A stretch of 64,000 nucleotides of DNA. Source: a virus. Below, piece after piece: positions 56,470-64,000 of this stretch. Numbering within the stretch: position 1 is the stretch's first letter; every line of letters begins with the position of its first letter. The stretch spans positions 8,433 through 72,432 of the IMG/VR virus record IMGVR_UViG_3300009314_000709; one strand, 5' to 3'. The notes under the pieces are model-generated. The model did no database searches, had not been told where the DNA came from, and saw nothing but the letters and a program-made list of their open reading frames with translations. A program made the position numbers and the translations under genes.

Positions 56470-57131
56470 TGAACACGCATCATATTAGTGAACTCAAGAA
56501 TAAGCATGTTGGAAATGACATTTACGTTATTGGGAGCGGTCCCTCGTTAACGTTTATCAACAGCAAGTTTTTCCGAAATAAAATCGTCATATGTGTTAAT
56601 CATACTATCACCCATATCGATAAGGCGCAGGCACTTTACTTAGTGGCAAAAGAGCCTACGAAGTCTATGCAATCTGCGGCTGTTAAGCGTGGCGCAAGGA
56701 TCGTGACATGTCGGCGTCATTCGGGCGTTGCGAGCAATCCGCTGAACGAGTGTTTCTACCCAGAATCGACCTATCTCTTCGACCCAAAAGCAGATGTGAT
56801 CTCTAAGAAGGGCAGAATAAATGCTTTAGAGCGAAGTTCGTCCACCATTGTAACGGGTCTGCATTTGGCGGCTTTTCTAGGCACCAAATACATCGTTTTG
56901 GTCGGCCACGACTGCGGTAGAATCGATGATGAAATGCACGTGGAAAACTACAACAAACGTGGCGCTGTGATGAAAGGCGGTGCGTATGTTAAGTGGATGA
57001 GGCAGAACAAAGTAGAACTCAAAACACTTAAAGCAAAAGCACAACTCAAACAATACTGGGGAGTTGAAGTCTACTCACTAAATCCCTTCGTGAACTTCGG
57101 ATTGGAAAACCATAAGTATGAAAGGTTCTGA
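56466..57131 (+). CDS. MAF/DUF115 (GT42 CstI-related) putative nonulosonate transferase
   Basis: LKNKH.G.DIYVIGSGPSL, ICVN, LHLAAFLG.KYIVLVGHD. Confidence 0.75.
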   Translation: MMNTHHISELKNKHVGNDIYVIGSGPSLTFINSKFFRNKIVICVNHTITHIDKAQALYLVAKEPTKSMQSAAVKRGARIVTCRRHSGVASNPLNECFYPESTYLFDPKADVISKKGRINALERSSSTIVTGLHLAAFLGTKYIVLVGHDCGRIDDEMHVENYNKRGAVMKGGAYVKWMRQNKVELKTLKAKAQLKQYWGVEVYSLNPFVNFGLENHKYERF

Positions 57132-58090
57132 TGAAAATCGCCTTGCACACATTCTCGTCGGTGGTGCGACACAAGAGCGTCGTTTTGCGTAGTGCACTGC
57201 GTGATTTGGGTACTGAAATCTTATCCTGGCAGGAGCGAGCACAAGCCGATGGCTGCGTCATCTATAACATCCACAGTCTTGTCTATTCGGCTATTCACCA
57301 GGCTGCGAAACTCAAGAAGCCGCTCATCAGTTTACAAGAAGGCATGTTCGCAATTGGATGGTCGAGCACATGGCCTGGTATGCGAGCAGAATGTAAGAAA
57401 GCAAATACTCACAGAATCAAGCAACTTGTCTGGTCCCGTTTCGAGCAACAGAACTACGTGAAAATGGGACGCAGGCCCGAACTCGTAGAACATCTGGGCA
57501 ACCCAGAGTATGACTTACTAATAAAAGAACCTGAAACCACACGAGCAAGCTACGGTATCCCAGAAGACGCTTTCCTCATTGTACACATCGATCAGTACGC
57601 TCACCGTCGTGGAGGCCCAAACAAACAAGAAATCGACCTTATGTCAGCGCACATCGAGAAGCTAGTTGATTTAGGAAAACACGTTTGGTGTATCCGATGC
57701 TTACACCCAATTCACTCAAAGCACAAACAAAAGACAGTGGCCGGTAGACTGATCGTACGGCCGTTCCGTTACCCGATCTTCGACTTCTTGAGAATGGCGG
57801 ATTTGGTCATCACACTCAGCAGTACCGAAGGTGTCACTTCTGCGATTCTTAACGTGCCTATTATCCAATACGACCTCTCTGGCAGCAAAGAAAGATGGCC
57901 TTTCACGCAACATGGTGTGGCAGTTAGAGCGACAACATGCTCGAAGCTCGTGGAACTTACTAAGTTAGCAATGGACCACAAGCTGCCACTCCAGCCTACA
58001 GTCAACTACAAACATGAGTACCATGTCGATGGCAAATCGGCTGAACGGGTAGCTCAACATATAGTGAGGTATTTCAATGCAAACTGCTAA
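57131..58090 (+). CDS. GT-B fold putative sialyl/capsule-type transferase
   Basis: LQEG, GNPEYD, LHP, ADLVITLSST..TSAILNVP, DGKSAERV. Confidence 0.65.
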   Translation: MKIALHTFSSVVRHKSVVLRSALRDLGTEILSWQERAQADGCVIYNIHSLVYSAIHQAAKLKKPLISLQEGMFAIGWSSTWPGMRAECKKANTHRIKQLVWSRFEQQNYVKMGRRPELVEHLGNPEYDLLIKEPETTRASYGIPEDAFLIVHIDQYAHRRGGPNKQEIDLMSAHIEKLVDLGKHVWCIRCLHPIHSKHKQKTVAGRLIVRPFRYPIFDFLRMADLVITLSSTEGVTSAILNVPIIQYDLSGSKERWPFTQHGVAVRATTCSKLVELTKLAMDHKLPLQPTVNYKHEYHVDGKSAERVAQHIVRYFNANC

Positions 58091-58967
58091 AGCTATTCGC
58101 TGGCCTGTTAAAATCGTGGCCGAAATTGGTTGTAACCACAAAGGCGAAATGACTATCGCCAAAGAAATGATCGACGTGGCAGCGACTTTTTGTAAAGTTG
58201 ATGCCATCAAATTGCAAAAGCGCTGCAACAAAGAGCTACTCACAGAAGAAGAATACAATACACCGCATCCCAATCCCGCTAACAGCTATGGCGCAACCTA
58301 TGGCGAACACCGTGAATTCCTTGAGTTCACCGTAGAGCAGCACGCCGAACTGAAAGAATATGCCGAGAGTAGAGGGATCGAGTATTCAACATCGGTTTGG
58401 GATTTGACTTCAGCTAAAGAAATCGCCTCTCTCAAGCCGAACTACATTAAGATACCCTCGGCGTGCAATACTGACCATGTTCTCTTAGATTGGCTCCTTG
58501 AAAACTACATCGGACAAATTCATGTGTCCTTTGGAATGACAAGGAAGGATGAAGAAGAAAATGTGGTCCGTATGTTCGAGACTCGCTATCGAGCAAACGA
58601 CCTGGTAATCTATGCCTGTACTTCCGGCTACCCAGTACCTTTCGAGGATATCTGTTTACTGGAAATCAGCCGTCTACAACAGACATATCTACACAAAGGC
58701 CGTTGCGGTATGGTTGGGTTCTCTGGACACCACCTGGGGATCGCTGTAGATGTCGTAGCCGCCGCATTAGGTGCAAGAGTCATCGAGCGGCACTACACGT
58801 TAGATCGGACCTGGAAGGGTACCGATCACGCCGCCAGCTTAGAACCACAAGGTGTGATGAAGTTGGTTCGTGACGTGAAAGCCGTCAAACAAGCCTTGAC
58901 GTATAAGGATAAGGACATCCTAGATATCGAAGACGTGCAACGCAAGAAACTCAAGAGGTTCAAATGA
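58077..58967 (+). CDS. neuB: NeuB-family nonulosonic acid synthase lacking the C-terminal antifreeze-like domain
   Basis: AEIGCNHKG, KLQKR, STSVWD, KIPSA, CTSGYP, GFSGHHLG, IERHYTLDRTWKGTDHAASLEP. Confidence 0.93.
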   Translation: MQTAKAIRWPVKIVAEIGCNHKGEMTIAKEMIDVAATFCKVDAIKLQKRCNKELLTEEEYNTPHPNPANSYGATYGEHREFLEFTVEQHAELKEYAESRGIEYSTSVWDLTSAKEIASLKPNYIKIPSACNTDHVLLDWLLENYIGQIHVSFGMTRKDEEENVVRMFETRYRANDLVIYACTSGYPVPFEDICLLEISRLQQTYLHKGRCGMVGFSGHHLGIAVDVVAAALGARVIERHYTLDRTWKGTDHAASLEPQGVMKLVRDVKAVKQALTYKDKDILDIEDVQRKKLKRFK

Positions 58968-59146
58968 AGTTCGTTGACGGAAAAGTACAAAAGGTATTCG
59001 CCACAGTGAAAGGCGTGGAAGAGTTCCATAGCCTCTTGTATCCGCCTCTCCCTGGTAGACTTGTCGCTGTCCTTCTTGATTGTGATAAAGATGACATCCA
59101 ACCTGGAGATGTGATAAGGAAACGAGAATGCCCGAAGAAGAAGTGA
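58964..59146 (+). CDS. small hypothetical protein
   Basis: ATGA-coupled between neuB and cysC. Confidence 0.45.
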   Translation: MKFVDGKVQKVFATVKGVEEFHSLLYPPLPGRLVAVLLDCDKDDIQPGDVIRKRECPKKK

Positions 59147-59802
59147 ATGTGTATTGGCACAATCACTCAGTTCCTCGTGCAATGCACGAGGAACTGAGTG
59201 GGCACAAAGGATGTGTTGTATGGTTAACTGGACTTAGCGCTAGCGGAAAGAGCACTATTGCCAATGCACTTAGCTACGAACTTTACAAGGAGCAAATACA
59301 CGTCGTTGTGCTTGATGGAGACAACATACGGCACGGATTAAACGCTGGTCTAGGCTTCTCTCTCGAAGATCGTGCGGAAAACATCCGGCGTGTTGGTTGT
59401 GTAGCCAAGTTGTTCTGCGAATCAGGGATCATCACGATTACCGCTTTCATTAGCCCCTACCGGGTGGATCGGGATCGAGTAAGAGATAGTCTGGAGCCTG
59501 AAGATTTCATCGAAGTCTTTGTGAATACACCATTGGCTGTTTGCGAAGAGCGTGATCCGAAGGGATTATATCAAAAAGCCAGGGCTGGCGAAGTGAAGGG
59601 ATTTACTGGTATTGATGATCCGTATGAGTCGCCAAAATCGCCAGAATTAGTGCTTGATGGCGAGTTATCAGTACAACAACTTGTTGGTAGCGTCATGGAT
59701 CATTTACGAGAGGCGAGGAAAATCAAACCTCTACATTCCGACGAAAAGCACTTTTGTCCTTTTTGCAGGCGCTTTGATTGTCTAGGCGGTTGCCTCAGAT
59801 AA
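59128..59802 (+). CDS. cysC: adenylyl-sulfate (APS) kinase
   Basis: WLTGLSASGKST, LDGDNIRHGL, ENIRRV, AFISPY, RDPKGLY.KARAG, FTGIDDPYE. Confidence 0.96.
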   Translation: MPEEEVNVYWHNHSVPRAMHEELSGHKGCVVWLTGLSASGKSTIANALSYELYKEQIHVVVLDGDNIRHGLNAGLGFSLEDRAENIRRVGCVAKLFCESGIITITAFISPYRVDRDRVRDSLEPEDFIEVFVNTPLAVCEERDPKGLYQKARAGEVKGFTGIDDPYESPKSPELVLDGELSVQQLVGSVMDHLREARKIKPLHSDEKHFCPFCRRFDCLGGCLR

Positions 59803-59803
59803 G

Positions 59804-60454
59804 TTATGGTCGCTTGATCCACAAGCTCTTTTGATATCCATTAGACTCTACCGTTGATACGTATTTTGTTTGATAATTCGGCAATAACTTAGCTAAATGA
59901 CGGCTGTTGACCCTACATGCCCATACTGGAGAATGAGGGTTGAATTGTTTGCCTTTTTTTGTGTGCCGGTATTGCACCATGAGAACTTGCGCACCACTCT
60001 CGTTCAGATTTTCGCACCATGCATTTAAGAACCCTTCGTTTGGGAAATGTTGAACACATCCCCGTGTGATGAATATATCGGGCTCCAAATCAGCAAATAC
60101 CACTGGCATTTTCAACAACTCGTAACCATCTTCGCAACCTTGTAACTCCAAGAATTCTCTTGCCCTGTTGAGTTGTCGATCTGCAATGTCAATCCCGATA
60201 TATTTCTTAGCGCCAGCGCCTAATATTGGGATAGCTAGGCGACCATTACCGATGCCATAGTCGATAACTACAGCATCTTTCAAAATACTTGCTGCGTCCT
60301 TGAGCTTGTACCCAACTTCAAAATTATGAAGCATAGCCTCTGGCGTGATTACGTTATTCCACTTCTCGGGCGAGATATGGGCAAACCCTTCTTTGCAGGT
60401 TTCTCAATACTTTCTGTATTTCTTGTGATAGTGTTTACAACGTCTACCTGACAT
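59804..60454 (-). CDS. class I SAM-dependent methyltransferase with an in-frame TGA at codon 17 (otherwise starts at 60334)
   Basis: VIDYGIGNGRL, YIGIDIA, CVQHFP. Upstream ATG 60454 is in frame: MSGRRCKHYHKKYRKY*ETCKEGFAHIS. Confidence 0.75.
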
Positions 60455-60455
60455 G

Positions 60456-61844
60456 TTAAGCAGCCAAAGGTTCGTCTTCAGGCTCAGGTCCGGGCTCGCC
60501 TTCTGGTTCGAGTTCGATCTTTATCTTCTTCATCTGCTCCATGATACCTTCGATGATCGCTCTCGCTGCTTTAGTAATAGCATCGCCCCGCTTTTTGATC
60601 TTCTCACTATCCGCTTTCCAGAGAGCCAAGTATCTTGGAGCGTCTTTGGTTTCAAAGCCAAAGTAACTTAACACAACGAAAGCTGTAGCTTCAGCATCGT
60701 ATTCAAGCGTTGATTTTTCCAAAGCAGCCCGGTCTTGTGACGAAAGGGTTTGATGGAATAGTTCATGTGTAATTTCGTGAACCACTGTACTGAACTTATT
60801 GATACCATCATAGGTGGAGTTCACTGTGATTCCTTTACCCGTCGAGAATCCCCCATGCGCCGGAGCAAGTTCTTCGTAATCAATATCGATTCCTTTCTCT
60901 TTCGCAAACTCTACCGCAGCGTTAACAAGAACAGTGATTTCTTCCCTGCCTTCACTAGTATCCAATTTCCAGTCTTGCGGTTCAAACACATGCGCCTGAT
61001 CTTCCTGTCCTGGAATCACCATTGTTGAGGAAATGTCATAGACCTTCACAGGAACGAAGTACATGGCTCGGCGTTCTTCCTCGTCGCCCTCTTCCTCTTT
61101 TGCCTTCTTTTTCTCACCATTCTTTTTCTTGTATGTCCTAGGGGCGAGAATAGTGATCGCTTCTTTGCGCTTACTGGCCTCCACTAACCTGCCAAGTTCC
61201 CGCCACCTTTGCTCGCTATTCACGTAAGTAGCTTTGGGATTTTGTAGGAAGATAAGCATCGTGTTATGGAAGCTGTATTTGTGGAATTTTGCTGCAAACT
61301 GCCAGAATCGTTTCACGAAGTCGCTTTGCGAGGCTTCATCAGTCAACTGAGCCAGTTTTTCAATTTCCTTTTGCACGATGTTAAGAATTTGCTTTGCCTT
61401 TTCGCCCGATCTTCCTTCAACCTTCTCAATTTCCGCACTCATGGCGTTCAAGGCTTGTGTTGCTTCGCCCCCTTGGCCCTGCTGTTGTTCCTGGCCAGAA
61501 GTGATGTCTCTACCTACTACCGGTGAACTAAGTACCGCCTGCGCATCAATCCCTGTCAAGTCGGTGAATGCCTTCAGTTGATCGGGAGTCCACTTCGCCA
61601 ATGCAAATCGGGGCGTTGACCATGTGCCTTTGAAGTATCTAAAGCCCCAACCCTTCAACGTATCTTTGATCGGCTTCGTTTCACCGTACACAACAAAGAA
61701 ATCATAGTTCGGATCATTTGTCTTTCGAGGGTTGGCGCTCATGTGAGCGTGGACACCTTGAACGGTTTCCATCAACAACCATTGTCGGAAACTCATACGT
61801 TCAATATCTGGGCAACCCCAGAAAGCAGATTCGTCAAAGTTCAT
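60456..61844 (-). CDS. ArdC-like ssDNA-binding/zincin anti-restriction protein with capsid-targeting-like N-terminus
   Basis: FHKYSFHNTMLIFLQNPKAT, W..LGR.V, AITILAP, HEITHE, EYDAEATAF; MSFRQWLLME; CTATATA at 61863-61869. Confidence 0.85.
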   Translation of the reverse strand: MNFDESAFWGCPDIERMSFRQWLLMETVQGVHAHMSANPRKTNDPNYDFFVVYGETKPIKDTLKGWGFRYFKGTWSTPRFALAKWTPDQLKAFTDLTGIDAQAVLSSPVVGRDITSGQEQQQGQGGEATQALNAMSAEIEKVEGRSGEKAKQILNIVQKEIEKLAQLTDEASQSDFVKRFWQFAAKFHKYSFHNTMLIFLQNPKATYVNSEQRWRELGRLVEASKRKEAITILAPRTYKKKNGEKKKAKEEEGDEEERRAMYFVPVKVYDISSTMVIPGQEDQAHVFEPQDWKLDTSEGREEITVLVNAAVEFAKEKGIDIDYEELAPAHGGFSTGKGITVNSTYDGINKFSTVVHEITHELFHQTLSSQDRAALEKSTLEYDAEATAFVVLSYFGFETKDAPRYLALWKADSEKIKKRGDAITKAARAIIEGIMEQMKKIKIELEPEGEPGPEPEDEPLAA

Positions 61845-61884
61845 AGTTGCCTCTGTGTTACTTATATAGGCAAGGAGGCTTGAA

Positions 61885-62550
61885 TTGAAAGCAATTGCAT
61901 TGATACCTGCCCGAGGCGGCAGTAAGAGAATACCAGGGAAGAACATCATAGAGCTTGGAGGCAAACCTCTCATTGCTCACAGCATCATATCAGCGAAGAA
62001 ATGCAACATCATAGAGGAGGTGTGGGTTTCTACAGACGATCCCCAGATAGAGGAGGTAGCCAAAAATTTTGGGGCGGCCGTTTTTAGACGGTCGCCCCAG
62101 TTGGCGGGTGATACGGCTAGTAGCGAATCCGCCCTGCTTGAATTCACGGAACGCCAAGCTACGAGCTTTGACATTCTCGTGTTCATGCAAGCTACTTCGC
62201 CGCTCACCCTTCCCGAGCACCTCGAAGAAGGAGTTGAATTAGTTGCAAACGACCAAGCAGATTCCTGCTTGGCCGTTTGCGAGGACGTGCGTTTCTACTG
62301 GAACGCACAACGAAAGCCCCTGAACTATTGTCTCTTCCACCGACCTTTCACGCAGGAGAAAGAAAAGTGGTACAAGGAGACTGGGGCTTTCTACATCACA
62401 ACAAAAGATGCATTGCTTATATCTCGGTGTCGTGTAAGTGATCGTATCGAGTTCGTCATTGTTCCTGAGAAGTATTCTTGGGAGATCGACACTTACGAGG
62501 ATTTAGAGATTGTATCCAATCTTCTCAATAGTTCAGGGGTGGATTCTTAG
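61885..62550 (+). CDS. neuA: CMP-nonulosonate synthetase (acylneuraminate cytidylyltransferase)
   Basis: ALIPARGGSKRIPGKNI, VSTDD, QATSP, ETGAFY, EIDTYEDL. Confidence 0.95.
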   Translation: MKAIALIPARGGSKRIPGKNIIELGGKPLIAHSIISAKKCNIIEEVWVSTDDPQIEEVAKNFGAAVFRRSPQLAGDTASSESALLEFTERQATSFDILVFMQATSPLTLPEHLEEGVELVANDQADSCLAVCEDVRFYWNAQRKPLNYCLFHRPFTQEKEKWYKETGAFYITTKDALLISRCRVSDRIEFVIVPEKYSWEIDTYEDLEIVSNLLNSSGVDS

Positions 62551-63467
62551 TTGTTCACTTGCATGTATCTTACACTGTCGTATCGAAGCGTGAGGGACAC
62601 GTCAATTGGACTGCTGTTAGAATGGTCGAGATCGTGAAACTCAACGCCTTGGAACCATGCTTTGTCAAACACCCAAGTCTCTCTTGGGATACCGCTGCCA
62701 TCATATAACGTTAGTCGGCATGAACCTATGCAATGACCATCCTCACATGATTTGTCGTCGAACATACAAGATGAGACATTGGCCAAGGACTCCATGAACT
62801 CGCTTTTCGTGTCTATGTCGTAAACGTGAATGGCCACTGGTTGCCATTCTTGCGAATCGGGCTTGACACGGTGCCAGCCATTTTCATCCTTCTCTTCTTC
62901 GAGGATCAAGGAAGGGCGCTTATCGACTCGAACGAAACTAGGAGGGAAAACCACGTCGTTTGGAAACTCTCCCTGGAAACACCAACGCCCCTTCTTGTAG
63001 ATTTCAACGAAGGGTGAGTTCTCGTTAGCAAAACCAACCCCCTTTGGCCAATTCAGTGGTCTGAAATCAAGAGGCGTTAACGGCTCTTCGGGTTGTGGTT
63101 GTTCCACAACAGGCGAAATACCGGCAAAAGCACGGCTTTGCAGAAACACTCGACGTACAACATTGTTGCCTTTATCTTCCCATACACGGGCGTTTAGTGT
63201 CTTGTCATCAATGAGCAAGTCATAAGAGGGTTTACCCATTTCCAACTTATGCCGTTTGCACCCCCATTCGTTTAGCTGCCCCTCAGTTAATTCCCGCCAA
63301 TCAGCACCTGTTACACTACCACGGGCCGTCCAATAAACAACTTCATGGCCATCCTCGTAAAGCTCGTTGGCGAGGTCTATGTTGTCTTTGATGGGCTCTG
63401 CTGTTGCGTAATCACGATCAGGAGGAGTGCGACAAATCGTTTCGTCGACATCAATGTAAATTCTCAT
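62547..63467 (-). CDS. capsule-biosynthesis-type HAD phosphatase fused to a C-terminal tail-tube (gp19-like) domain
   Basis: N-terminus IDVDETI, YWTARG, GKP..DLLIDDK. C-terminus WQPVAIHVYD, LTLYDGSG..RETW.F.KAWFQ.VEFHDLD.S, LTLRYD. Confidence 0.85.
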   Translation of the reverse strand: MRIYIDVDETICRTPPDRDYATAEPIKDNIDLANELYEDGHEVVYWTARGSVTGADWRELTEGQLNEWGCKRHKLEMGKPSYDLLIDDKTLNARVWEDKGNNVVRRVFLQSRAFAGISPVVEQPQPEEPLTPLDFRPLNWPKGVGFANENSPFVEIYKKGRWCFQGEFPNDVVFPPSFVRVDKRPSLILEEEKDENGWHRVKPDSQEWQPVAIHVYDIDTKSEFMESLANVSSCMFDDKSCEDGHCIGSCRLTLYDGSGIPRETWVFDKAWFQGVEFHDLDHSNSSPIDVSLTLRYDSVRYMQVNN

Positions 63468-63739
63468 CTTACACCAAAATGGAAGGAAGGGTAGAGCGGA
63501 TGCTGATGATTTGTTGATAGGCAGAAGGCTCCTTCCTCTAACCGCCTCGTAATCTGCAACAATCGGTTCACCCACTCCTTAATAGAGAGCGATGCCTTCG
63601 ATATATTACAGTGTTTACAACAACTTCTTACGTTGTCTAAGTGGTAGCCATCTTTGTTGTTAATTCGGTCTAATCCTATTGTTTCAATTGGATCGCCGCA
63701 GTATGTACATGGCTTTTGCCAAAACAGGATAAATTCTTC
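63464..63739 (-). pseudogene. 3' fragment of an HNH-type endonuclease gene interrupted by the IS element
   Basis: Manual translation EEFILFWQKPCTYCGDPIETIGLDRINNKDGYHLDNVRSCCKHCNISK. No start codon; abuts the IS end; its TGA overlaps the phosphatase ATG. Confidence 0.75.
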
Positions 63740-63741
63740 GT

Positions 63742-64000
63742 GTCAATTACCCCGCCGCTAAAGACGGCGGGGCTTGTTACACCGCTTTAAGCAGGAACAT
63801 TAGCAGCCGTTAAGCCGCCGTTAGGCAAATTGACAGTTGCCCAATCTGGATAGCCTGTAGCGTCCAGATATTTGAGAACGATATTTTTACTAGCGTTGAG
63901 GTCAGCATTTAGTTGGAAACCACAATTCCTACACTTGAACTTACTTTGCTTTTGGCGATTGCCTTTGTGTATGTGTCCACACTTGCTACAGCGTTGGCTA
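63742..64000 (-). mobile_element. IS200/IS605-family element, right end (partial)
   Basis: Subterminal hairpin CCCCGCCG-TCTTTAG-CGGCGGGG followed by TAATTGAC, downstream of tnpB. Confidence 0.8.
63787..64000 (-). CDS. tnpB: TnpB RNA-guided endonuclease, C-terminal part
   Basis: SQRCSKCGH...FKCRNCGFQLNADLNASKNI (Zn ribbon plus RuvC-III). Confidence 0.9.
   Translation of the reverse strand, partial: SQRCSKCGHIHKGNRQKQSKFKCRNCGFQLNADLNASKNIVLKYLDATGYPDWATVNLPNGGLTAANVPA

Noticed and set aside
1-64000. Genome-wide stop-codon reassignment
   Set aside because: Conserved genes are full length in code 11 and end in TAA, TAG and TGA; only one isolated in-frame TGA was found.
1-64000. CRISPR array or tRNA genes
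   Set aside because: No regularly spaced direct repeats or cloverleaf/T-loop signatures seen by eye; short repeats at 30300-30430, 34745-34800, 38821-38866 and 52835-52880 are coding low-complexity tracts.

Overview
This window looks like part of a large (jumbo-type) myophage genome with T4-like architecture and frequent strand switching. Several accessory genes resemble Planctomycetota proteins, so a planctomycete host is inferred but not shown. It contains: (1) a tail/neck module with gp26/gp51-like chaperones (likely -1 frameshift), three tandem tail-tube paralogues, sheath, and gp15-, gp14- and gp13-like proteins; (2) a gp55-like late sigma factor and a recurrent CTANATA late-promoter motif; (3) thyA and DHFR; (4) about 15 proteins with a T4-like capsid-targeting N-terminus, including an ADP-ribosyltransferase-like protein and an ArdC-like protein; (5) a large glycosylation toolkit with a nonulosonic-acid cluster (NeuB, NeuA, two candidate transferases, CysC, methyltransferase) whose HAD phosphatase is fused to a tail-tube domain; (6) two large non-coding RNAs on the minus strand, an RNase P RNA (37353-37645) and a ~445-nt closed, structured RNA resembling OLE RNA (39643-40088); (7) a phiEco32-type COOH-NH2 ligase; (8) a lysine-aminotransferase homologue lacking its catalytic lysine; (9) the 3' end of an IS200/IS605 tnpB element inserted into an HNH gene. 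All family calls come from motif recognition by eye, not from database searches.
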